Under the pieces are notes generated by a model that was not told the origin of the DNA, did no database searches, and was given only the letters and a program-made list of their open reading frames with translations. The position numbers were made by a program, and so were the translations under genes. Below, piece by piece: positions 56,385 to 64,000 of a stretch of DNA of 64,000 nt. Each line of letters starts with the position of its first letter. The stretch's first letter is position 1. The stretch spans positions 1 through 64,000 of the IMG/VR virus record IMGVR_UViG_3300047476_001426, one strand, 5' to 3'. This DNA comes from a virus.

Positions 56385-58403
56385 ATGTCAGTAGATTTTT
56401 TCGAAGAAGGAAATGTTTCCAACCCCAAAAAGACGAGAAAGGGTTCTACCACCCCTATCCTTGATAATTTTTCAAGGGATTTAAACAAAATGGTTGAAGA
56501 AGGTAAAATTGACCCCGTCATCGGTAGAGATGGTGAGGTTAAGAGAATCGCTCAAATTTTATCTCGTAAAAAGAAAAACAACGTAGTAATTGTTGGTGAC
56601 GCAGGTGTTGGTAAATCTGCTTTGGTTGAAAAGTTGGCCCAACTAATTGTTAAGGGTGACTGCCCTTCAAATCTTTTAGATAAAAGGATTGTGTCACTTG
56701 ATTTGACATCATTAGTTGCTGGTACCAAATATAGAGGTCAATTTGAAGAAAGGATTAAGGCCATACTAAATGAATTACAAAACGAACCCAATGTAATTGT
56801 GTTTATTGATGAAATACATACGATGGTTGGTGCGGGTAATGCTAGTGGTTCCATGGATGCTGCTAATATCATGAAACCAGCTTTGGCGAGAGGTGAAATC
56901 CAATGTATCGGTGCAACCACCTTTGATGAATTTAAGAAACACATTGAGAAGGACGGTGCGTTGGTAAGAAGATTCCAAAAAATAATTTTAAAGGAACCGA
57001 CTAAAGAAGAAACGGTACAAATTTTAAATAACTTGAAGGAGTCATATCAAAACTTCCATAAAGTATTTTATGAACCGAATGTGTTTGAAACGATTGTTAA
57101 TCTTTCATCTAGATTTATCACAGATAGACAATTTCCTGATAAGGCGATTGATGTTATGGATGAACTTGGTTCAGACAAAAAAATCAACACCAAAATCCCT
57201 GAAGTGTTGGAAAAACTCAAAAAAGATTCTGACGAGCTAAAGGAAAGAAAAATACAGGTTGTTAAAAGTCAAAATTATGAACAAGCAGCAAAATTGAGGG
57301 ATGAAGAAAGGAAGATATTGAGTAGGTTAGATGAAGAGAAGAAAAAATGGTTGGAAAAACAAAAGGACAATAAAACACCCGTAACTATAGACGATGTATA
57401 TGATATTATCTCGCAAATGACAGGTGTGCCACTCTCTAAAATTGACGAGAGGGAGACAACAAACTTATTAAGTTTAGAAGAAAAATTAAAATCAAAAGTG
57501 ATTGGACAAGATGAGGCCATCTCAATCATATCAAAATCTATCAGAAGAAATAGAGTTGGTATTAAAGATACCAACAAACCTATTGGTTCGTTTATATTCT
57601 TAGGTTCAACAGGTGTTGGTAAAACCTACTTAGCTAAATCAATTGCAGAAATTTTATTTGGTGACCCTGATAAAGTTATACGAGTTGATATGAGTGAGTA
57701 CATGGAAAAACACAATGTTGCTAAACTAATAGGTTCTCCTCCGGGTTATGTTGGGTATGATGAAGGTGGTCAATTGACTGAAAAAATAAAAAACAATCCA
57801 TTTTCAGTTGTCCTATTTGATGAGGTTGAAAAGGCACATAAAGATGTCTTCAATATCCTACTTCAAATTTTGGACGAAGGTCACCTAACAGACTCCTTTG
57901 GTAGGAAGGTAAACTTCACAAATACAATTGTGATTATGACATCAAACATTGGTGCAAAAAAGGTTTCCGAATTTGGTAGAGGAGTTGGTTTTGACTCATC
58001 ATCATCAAACACACAGAATTTTGAAGTTAAAAAATCAATTGTTCAAAAATCTTTGAAACAACATTTTAACCCCGAGTTTTTAAATAGGGTTGATGACATT
58101 ATCAGTTTCAATTCGTTAGATAAAGACGTTATTAAACAAATTATTGGAATTGAACTGAATAAATTGGTTGTGAGATTGAAAGACAAAAACTTCAAAATTT
58201 CATTTGATAAAACAATCATTGAAAGAATTTCAGAACTCAACACACAAGAAGATTATGGTGCTAGACCTATTAAAAGAATCATTCAAAACCTTTGTGAAGA
58301 CTTCTTAAGTGATTCAATTTTGAAAGGTGATATTAAAGAAAATGAAAACATTACTTTGAAATTTAAAGATGGTGAAATAAAAATTTTTAAAAAAAAGGTC
58401 TAA
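56385..58403 (+). CDS. ClpC-like AAA+ ATPase lacking the N-terminal Clp-repeat domain
   Basis: DPVIGRD, GDAGVGKS, FIDEIH, UVR motif (NYEQAAKLRDEE), GSTGVGKT, FDEVEKAH, VGF loop, YGARPIKR. Confidence 0.9.
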   Translation: MSVDFFEEGNVSNPKKTRKGSTTPILDNFSRDLNKMVEEGKIDPVIGRDGEVKRIAQILSRKKKNNVVIVGDAGVGKSALVEKLAQLIVKGDCPSNLLDKRIVSLDLTSLVAGTKYRGQFEERIKAILNELQNEPNVIVFIDEIHTMVGAGNASGSMDAANIMKPALARGEIQCIGATTFDEFKKHIEKDGALVRRFQKIILKEPTKEETVQILNNLKESYQNFHKVFYEPNVFETIVNLSSRFITDRQFPDKAIDVMDELGSDKKINTKIPEVLEKLKKDSDELKERKIQVVKSQNYEQAAKLRDEERKILSRLDEEKKKWLEKQKDNKTPVTIDDVYDIISQMTGVPLSKIDERETTNLLSLEEKLKSKVIGQDEAISIISKSIRRNRVGIKDTNKPIGSFIFLGSTGVGKTYLAKSIAEILFGDPDKVIRVDMSEYMEKHNVAKLIGSPPGYVGYDEGGQLTEKIKNNPFSVVLFDEVEKAHKDVFNILLQILDEGHLTDSFGRKVNFTNTIVIMTSNIGAKKVSEFGRGVGFDSSSSNTQNFEVKKSIVQKSLKQHFNPEFLNRVDDIISFNSLDKDVIKQIIGIELNKLVVRLKDKNFKISFDKTIIERISELNTQEDYGARPIKRIIQNLCEDFLSDSILKGDIKENENITLKFKDGEIKIFKKKV

Positions 58404-58439
58404 ATATTCAAGCTTTTTAAAAAAACATATATATTTATA

Positions 58440-58542
58440 TTCACACAGGACATCTTTGCCGATTTCCTCTCGTTTTTATAGTCTGTGGTGTTGAAACCAC
58501 AAAATGACCACAAACCCCCGACTCACCGTTGGGGGTTTTTTA
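58440..58542 (+). ncRNA. Candidate small non-coding RNA
   Basis: Promoter motifs at 58407-58439, GC-richer non-coding segment with hairpin TGTGGT-N6-ACCACA, intrinsic terminator at 58512-58542. Confidence 0.4.
58512..58542 (+). terminator. Intrinsic terminator
   Basis: AAACCCCCGA-N7-TTGGGGGTTT stem followed by T-run. Confidence 0.75.
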
Positions 58543-58544
58543 TT

Positions 58545-58576
58545 TTTGGTATTCTAAAAATAATTCATTATATTTG
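58545..58576 (+). promoter_or_regulatory. Bacteroidota sigma70-type promoter TTTG-N20-TATATTTG
   Basis: Exact -33/-7 consensus upstream of RNA-repair operon. Confidence 0.7.
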
Positions 58577-58594
58577 TGATAAAGTAACTTTAAC

Positions 58595-59008
58595 ATGGAA
58601 TATACAAAAGATTTGATACTTGTTCGTGGTATCCCGGGTTCTGGTAAATCGACTTTGGGTGAGGTAATATTATACACCCCAAATAATCCAATGAAACCTT
58701 TATCTGCGGATGATTACTTCATGGATAAAGAAGGTAATTACAACTTTGACCCCTCAAAAATAAGGGAGGCCCATAACGACTGCCAACAAAGATGTGCAAA
58801 CCTGATGATGAATTCAGTTGTCAGAGTTGTGGTTTCAAATACATTCACTCAAGAATGGGAAATGGAACCATATTTTGAAATGGGTCGTCGATATGGTTAT
58901 AGAGTCCATACAATCATTGTTGAAAATAGACACGGTGGTGAGAATGTTCATGGGGTCCCTGAAGACAAAATAGACATAATGAAAAACCGATTTGAAGTTA
59001 AGTTGTGA
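58595..59008 (+). CDS. P-loop kinase (AAA_33/polynucleotide-kinase-like)
   Basis: LVRGIPGSGKST, SADDYF, VVSNTF, NVHGVPEDKI motifs. Confidence 0.8.
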   Translation: MEYTKDLILVRGIPGSGKSTLGEVILYTPNNPMKPLSADDYFMDKEGNYNFDPSKIREAHNDCQQRCANLMMNSVVRVVVSNTFTQEWEMEPYFEMGRRYGYRVHTIIVENRHGGENVHGVPEDKIDIMKNRFEVKL

Positions 59009-60075
59009 TAGATAGACTGAAAAAATATCATGAAGATGGGTTGTTAATGAGACAAACACACCCAACTAAAGATTTGTACATATGGAATTATACCCCAAGA
59101 GTACAGTATGAATCTTTATGGGATGATATTACTACGCAATGTCGTGGACTCATTACAACTCATTCAGGTGAAGTCATATCAAGACCATTCGGTAAGTTTT
59201 TTAACTATGAAGAGGTTATTGATAAGGATTTAATTCCATGGGACAGTGAGTATGCTCACGTTCAAACAAAAATGGATGGTTCTCTTGGTATATTGTTTTT
59301 TTATGATGGTGAATGGATTATGGCAACAAGAGGTTCATTTACATCTGAACAATCAATTCGAGGATTAGAGATTATAAAATCAAAATACGATTTGAGTAAG
59401 TTTTCTGAGAAATTCACTTATCTATGTGAAATAATTTATCCTGAGAATAGAATCGTGGTAAATTACGGTGAGGATAAAATCACATTCTTATCTATAACCA
59501 CTCCTGAATCAGAATTAAATTGGGCAACATCAATAGCAATATTCCATTCATCAGATATCAAAGAAGAGGACATTGTTGATAGTACTATGGTGACCTTCAA
59601 TAAAGAAACTTTTGAAACTTACAAAAATCTAAACATACCAAATGAAGAGGGATTTGTTATTAGGTTCTACCCTTCTAATTTTAGAATGAAAATAAAGTTT
59701 GAGGAGTATGTTCGTTTACATAGAATATTAACGAATGTGTCTAATAGAGATATATGGGAAGTGCTCCGTACCAATGGTGATATGAAGGAAATACTTGATG
59801 GTGTACCAGATGAATTTTACGATTGGGTTCGCAAAACTAAAGAAGATTTATTATTTCAATACAAACACTTGGAACGTGAATATCAATGGATTTTTAAAAT
59901 CATTAATAGAGCACCCAACATAGAAAATCGAGCGGTTTTCGCGGAATACGCAAAAAGATATAAACACCCTTCAATATTGTTTAATATGTTGGATAATAAG
60001 GATTACTCTCAACAAATTTGGAAGTTAATCTATCCTTCGTATTCGAAACCATTTAATACAAATGAAGATAATTAG
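59005..60075 (+). CDS. RNA ligase (T4 Rnl1-like)
   Basis: CRGLI, RPFGKFFN, motif I KMDGSLG, ATRGSF, EIIYPENRIVV, EGFVI, MKIKFEEY; GTG start. Confidence 0.88.
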   Translation: MIDRLKKYHEDGLLMRQTHPTKDLYIWNYTPRVQYESLWDDITTQCRGLITTHSGEVISRPFGKFFNYEEVIDKDLIPWDSEYAHVQTKMDGSLGILFFYDGEWIMATRGSFTSEQSIRGLEIIKSKYDLSKFSEKFTYLCEIIYPENRIVVNYGEDKITFLSITTPESELNWATSIAIFHSSDIKEEDIVDSTMVTFNKETFETYKNLNIPNEEGFVIRFYPSNFRMKIKFEEYVRLHRILTNVSNRDIWEVLRTNGDMKEILDGVPDEFYDWVRKTKEDLLFQYKHLEREYQWIFKIINRAPNIENRAVFAEYAKRYKHPSILFNMLDNKDYSQQIWKLIYPSYSKPFNTNEDN

Positions 60076-60502
60076 TAAGAAAAATTATTCAATGAAAACA
60101 AGAATTTATTTGGACGATGTGAGAACACCTGTTGAAAAAGACCAATGGGTTGTTGTTAGGAATTACGAGGAGTTCGTAAATAAAGTTAGTGAGATTGGTT
60201 TGGAGAACATCTCCTTAATATCGTTAGACCATGATTTAGGGGAAACCGCAATGGCGGAATGGCATCGTAATGTTTATCACAACTACGAGTTAGATTACGA
60301 TAATATCCTTGAGAAAACAGGAATGGATTGCACCAAATGGTTGGTTGAACAATGGATGGACGGTAAACCTGTTGTTGACGTTGTTGTCCACTCCGCGAAT
60401 GCGATTGGTAGTGGTAACATGATGGGTTATATTAACAATTATCGACATATTAATAGACTACCTCAGAATTGTATTAGGGTTCAGATTGAACACACTGTCT
60501 AA
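60062..60502 (+). CDS. Cyclic-phosphate-processing receiver-domain protein
   Basis: IYLDDVRTP, ISLDHDLG, TGMDCTKWL, VHSAN..G motifs; adjacent to RNA ligase. Confidence 0.75.
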   Translation: MKIISKKNYSMKTRIYLDDVRTPVEKDQWVVVRNYEEFVNKVSEIGLENISLISLDHDLGETAMAEWHRNVYHNYELDYDNILEKTGMDCTKWLVEQWMDGKPVVDVVVHSANAIGSGNMMGYINNYRHINRLPQNCIRVQIEHTV

Positions 60503-60586
60503 AATTTCTCCGAACTTTTTGGTTAAAAGTTTGTTTGTGTCGGTTTTTATTGTCATATTTGTGATGAACCAAAAATTAAATCGACA

Positions 60587-60931
60587 ATGTCAACAAAAGA
60601 ACCGAACAAACCAAAAGACACGGTAATTAAAAAGCTAATACTAAAACAAGATTATAAAAACTTCAGTGATTTTTATAACATCAACAAAGAATCCATTTAC
60701 AGAACCTTAGCTAATCTTTTTAAAAGTTTGAAGAGAAAGGATAAACAAGTGGTTATTTTAGTTTTGGGAGCTAAAATTAATGGACTACAATGGGAGACCG
60801 AGCTAAAGTTTAAAAGACAAGAATCGGTTGTTTTAGTCAGAGATATTTTACCTTTCTTCGAACAAAATGAAGATTACGAAACTTGCGGTGAAATAACGGA
60901 AACCTACAATAAGATTTTAGAGATTCAATAA
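60587..60931 (+). CDS. Hypothetical protein with UVR-like C-terminal motif
   Basis: 114 aa; FFEQNEDYETCGEI. Confidence 0.55.
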   Translation: MSTKEPNKPKDTVIKKLILKQDYKNFSDFYNINKESIYRTLANLFKSLKRKDKQVVILVLGAKINGLQWETELKFKRQESVVLVRDILPFFEQNEDYETCGEITETYNKILEIQ

Positions 60932-63219
60932 GACGAAGAGGATAAATTAGCATCTCCTTTTACAATATACTTAATATTGAAAATTATTGAGGTATTGGTA
61001 AAATTAATTGTGAAATTAGATACTGGTTGCACATTGTTGAAATTCGATAAAGTTATAGAATTAAAATCTGAAGATGTGTACCAATACACTTCGTTAAATG
61101 GTATCATTCCACTAATATTTGCACCCAATAGATAAGCATCAGAAATATTAATTTTACCGTCTTTATTTATATCACCCGCTTTCATTTTAGGACCATTGTT
61201 AAGAACTAAACCTGGTTGAAGTTGGGTTGGAGTATTTTCGTTTTGTGACTCATTAAAAACTTCATTAAAGTCACTCGATGTCAAAGATGGTGTGTACGTT
61301 GGTACTATCTTATAAGTTGAGTTGTATTTGGTTGGGTTAAATGTAAATGAACCTGTTGCACCAACTATTGCGGTCTGTAATAGAGTCTCGACCCCATTTT
61401 CAACCAAATAAAATTTTAATTCAGGTCTTACAGATAAACCTGAAGGGATAGTAACTGTTCCTGATATTGTTTCTGTTATTATTGTAACAGAACCTGAAGA
61501 ACTAAATGCAAATCCACACGTCCCACTCTGTAATTGTGCTCTGAATAGGGTTTTTACGGATATATTTGAATAAGACTGTGATGTGGTTGTATTGACAATA
61601 TCGGTCCACGTAACACCATCATTTGTCGACCTTTGCCATTTAACAATACTACCACTATAACCACTTAAAGTTACTGTTCCTGAGTTTGTTGTTGTGGTAT
61701 GAATCGATGATGATACCGAACCACCAACAGGAGGTGTACCTGATGTCACGGTAATCGTTTTTGAGTCTGAATTAACCGCACTACCACAGTTTGGTGTTTG
61801 TACTTGAACTCGATAATAATAAGTTCCAGCAGAGTTTAACGTTTCTATTAAACTTGTAGTTGTATTAGAAATATCAGTCCAATTTACATTGTCTGTTGAA
61901 CGTTGCCATTTATTGACATTACCTTGTTGACCCGATAATGTTAGTTCTACTTGACCACCGGCACATATTGAATTATTAACTGCAAATATTGTACCCGATT
62001 TTGTTGGTTTAACTGACAAGAACACACTTGATGTTGGTAAACTTGAGCAAGTTGTTGGACTGGTTGAATTTACAATTGCTCTATAGTATGTTGTTTTAGT
62101 TAGATTAGTTAAGGTAATAGTTGATGATGTGCTTGATATTGTTGTACCAGCGGTAAAAAAGTTATCAAATGAAGATTCCCATCTCACAATACTACCTGTA
62201 TATCCATTAAGTGTTAGTGTTGTACTATTACTACCTGAACAAACATTAATATCACCACCACTAATATACCCACTTGATGCCCCACTAATTTCTACGTTTC
62301 TTGTTAATATGGTTGTACTTGTGGTGATGTCACCTGGCATGTCACCATATTCACAAATATATCCGGGTAGAGATGTGTTTGGTAAATCATTCCATTGACC
62401 TAAATTACCTGAATAAAATTGACCGTAATGTTCTCCACCAGCATTATTAGGTTCCCCACCCGCCCATTTTGCATATTGACCTGTAACAGCAGTACTACCA
62501 TTGGAAAATTGAGTTCCCTTCTCAGGTCCTGTAACCCAATGCCACTTTTGTTCAACGGCTGCTTGTGATGCGAACGTAGTGGTACCTTTAGCGGTATTGA
62601 CCACACCCATTTCATCTGAAGCACCAAACCAACCATCTGATGACATTAATTTCCAAATAAAATTATTTTCCGCCTCAGATGACATTGTTGCCAAATAACC
62701 CGCTCTACCAAAATATGAACGATTTTCTGCGGATGTTTTTGAATTTGTCCATGTTGTTGAACCAGAAACATATTCATAAAAATGTTCAGTTAATGGGTTG
62801 TAAAATACAATTCCCGCAACAAATGTTACTCTTCTTTGTAGTGCATAACAGGTAGAGGTTGTTGACCTAAATTCAACTCCTCTTAAAACCGTTTCCCAAT
62901 TTGAAGCTGTTGTTGTTCCATTAAAAACTAACACCCCTGTGGTTGTATTGAATGCGGAAACAGTAATACCAGACGGTAAAGTTGCTGTTGACCTTAATTG
63001 GTCACCACTTACGCCACTTATGTAACTTTGAGATATTTGAACTCTAAACCCATTAATCGTACCATTCGCAGTCAAAGTAAGATTCGGGTCAACCTTTGTC
63101 CAAGTATTAAAACTTGCGGAAAGTGTACCCGTACTCGATGTACCTAAAGAAACTGATGTTGCTTGTGAGTAACCGAGAATCGGTAAAATTAAAAGTAATA
63201 TAAAAATTAAATTTCTCAT
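60925..63219 (-). CDS. Secreted adhesin-like protein: signal peptide, C-type lectin, Ig-like repeats, dockerin/EF-hand-like motif
   Basis: MRNLIFILLLILPILGYS/Q signal; YLATMSSEAENNFI...WFGASD...WAGGEPNN...EHY...WNDL...YICEY lectin; QWQRSTD/KWQRSTN Ig repeats; GDINKDGKINISDA. Confidence 0.75.
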   Translation of the reverse strand: MRNLIFILLLILPILGYSQATSVSLGTSSTGTLSASFNTWTKVDPNLTLTANGTINGFRVQISQSYISGVSGDQLRSTATLPSGITVSAFNTTTGVLVFNGTTTASNWETVLRGVEFRSTTSTCYALQRRVTFVAGIVFYNPLTEHFYEYVSGSTTWTNSKTSAENRSYFGRAGYLATMSSEAENNFIWKLMSSDGWFGASDEMGVVNTAKGTTTFASQAAVEQKWHWVTGPEKGTQFSNGSTAVTGQYAKWAGGEPNNAGGEHYGQFYSGNLGQWNDLPNTSLPGYICEYGDMPGDITTSTTILTRNVEISGASSGYISGGDINVCSGSNSTTLTLNGYTGSIVRWESSFDNFFTAGTTISSTSSTITLTNLTKTTYYRAIVNSTSPTTCSSLPTSSVFLSVKPTKSGTIFAVNNSICAGGQVELTLSGQQGNVNKWQRSTDNVNWTDISNTTTSLIETLNSAGTYYYRVQVQTPNCGSAVNSDSKTITVTSGTPPVGGSVSSSIHTTTTNSGTVTLSGYSGSIVKWQRSTNDGVTWTDIVNTTTSQSYSNISVKTLFRAQLQSGTCGFAFSSSGSVTIITETISGTVTIPSGLSVRPELKFYLVENGVETLLQTAIVGATGSFTFNPTKYNSTYKIVPTYTPSLTSSDFNEVFNESQNENTPTQLQPGLVLNNGPKMKAGDINKDGKINISDAYLLGANISGMIPFNEVYWYTSSDFNSITLSNFNNVQPVSNFTINFTNTSIIFNIKYIVKGDANLSSSSY

Positions 63220-64000
63220 AAATTTATCTTACTACCAACTAAGAAAAATGATAGAATTGGAAATTCAGGGTTTGTACTCATGTTCGCTTTATAGTTAACA
63301 TTTAACTTAAAACGCTTTGAGATTTGATAGTCAAAACCACTACCAATAAAACCACTCACATATCTATCAGTTATTGATACATTGTCTTTAGATGAATAAA
63401 CTAAGGGTGTTGAAATAACGTATAATTCGGGTGACACAATTAATTTTTTACCAACTTTAAATGGTCTTGTGTAAAAAGCGGTGATAGATGGTGAATAATA
63501 ACCATTCTTTTCTTCCGATATAATCGTTGCTGCTGCACTTACGTTAAAACCCGTAATACCATATTTCCCACCATTTAAAATACCACTATAACCAATAAAC
63601 CCTAAATAATTACCATAAGTGTAAACTCCTGTCAGGTTTATGTTATGAATGAACTTCAACTTTTTTGTTTTATTGTAATGTATTTTAGTATATTTTGTTG
63701 ACACAGCAAACTGTTTGAAATTTAACCAAACCATACCAGTTACACCATAACTTGATAAACCTGTCATTGACGATTTACTTGTTCCAATGTTTACTATTGG
63801 GGTGAAAGTTCTATTCAAATTTTGAGCGGAGGTAACATCAGAAGAAACAATGATAGGGTTAGACCTCGCACTACCCCCACCACCTGATTTACCTTTTCCA
63901 CCACTGTTTGAACCACCAGAACCACCGGCATTATTATCATTGTGAGCATCGTTGTTCATTTGTGTTGTTGCACCAACTTCTTCACCTTGTTGTTGGGTGT
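63216..64000 (-). CDS. Putative outer-membrane beta-barrel-like protein, 5' end beyond window
   Basis: Frame open upstream of ATG 63959 to the window edge (TQQQGEEVGATTQM); C-terminal half has alternating hydrophobic strands ending FFLVGSKINL. Confidence 0.4.
   Translation of the reverse strand, partial: TQQQGEEVGATTQMNNDAHNDNNAGGSGGSNSGGKGKSGGGGSARSNPIIVSSDVTSAQNLNRTFTPIVNIGTSKSSMTGLSSYGVTGMVWLNFKQFAVSTKYTKIHYNKTKKLKFIHNINLTGVYTYGNYLGFIGYSGILNGGKYGITGFNVSAAATIISEEKNGYYSPSITAFYTRPFKVGKKLIVSPELYVISTPLVYSSKDNVSITDRYVSGFIGSGFDYQISKRFKLNVNYKANMSTNPEFPILSFFLVGSKINL

Noticed and set aside
58504-58557. 17-codon ORF MTTNPRLTVGGFLFLVF (type I toxin-like)
   Set aside because: Runs through the terminator stem and U-tract, so it would not be fully transcribed; hydrophobicity comes from the T-run
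1-64000. Alternative genetic code (stop-codon recoding, as in some jumbo phages)
   Set aside because: Long core genes are intact under code 11; TAG (rpsU) and TGA (47263-48003, 15524-16678) end genes at sensible positions
1-64000. tRNA, rRNA, reverse transcriptase/DGR, integrase or transposase
   Set aside because: No cloverleaf or T-loop motifs in the few intergenic gaps and no such protein motifs among the ORFs; not confirmed by a tRNAscan run

Overview
A 64-kb, AT-rich, densely coding segment of a large T4-like (myovirus, jumbo-type) phage genome; no bacterial chromosomal genes are present. It carries the core morphogenesis genes (tail sheath, tube, tape measure, baseplate/spike, neck, major capsid protein, scaffold, prohead protease, portal, large terminase), a family B DNA polymerase, a SNF2-type helicase, a T4 gp55-like late sigma factor, nucleotide-metabolism genes (dUTPase, dCMP deaminase, PhoH), three glycosyltransferases, a ClpC-like ATPase, an RNA-repair cluster and a phage-encoded ribosomal protein bS21 placed antisense within the head module. 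The host is very probably a Bacteroidota bacterium. Evidence: the bS21 sequence, TTTG-N19/20-TAnnTTTG-type promoters, no Shine-Dalgarno motifs at the starts inspected, a DUF4494-like gene and a signal peptide followed by Gln. Signals not explained by the gene list: (i) a near-perfect chromosomal-type parS palindrome beside a dense CTAG repeat array in the tube/sheath intergenic region; (ii) a sense-strand late motif TATTTAT(A/T), the reverse complement of the T4 late promoter, often only 3-4 nt before ATG, suggesting leaderless late mRNAs; (iii) a late nucleotidyltransferase whose N-terminus mimics the T4 capsid-targeting sequence; (iv) a promoter- and terminator-bounded ~100-nt candidate small RNA; (v) an unannotated ribbon-helix-helix gene with a candidate operator; (vi) a candidate +1 frameshift in the tail chaperone pair; (vii) two apparently catalytically dead enzyme folds (HD and HAD). 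All family assignments come from motif recognition by eye, not database searches.
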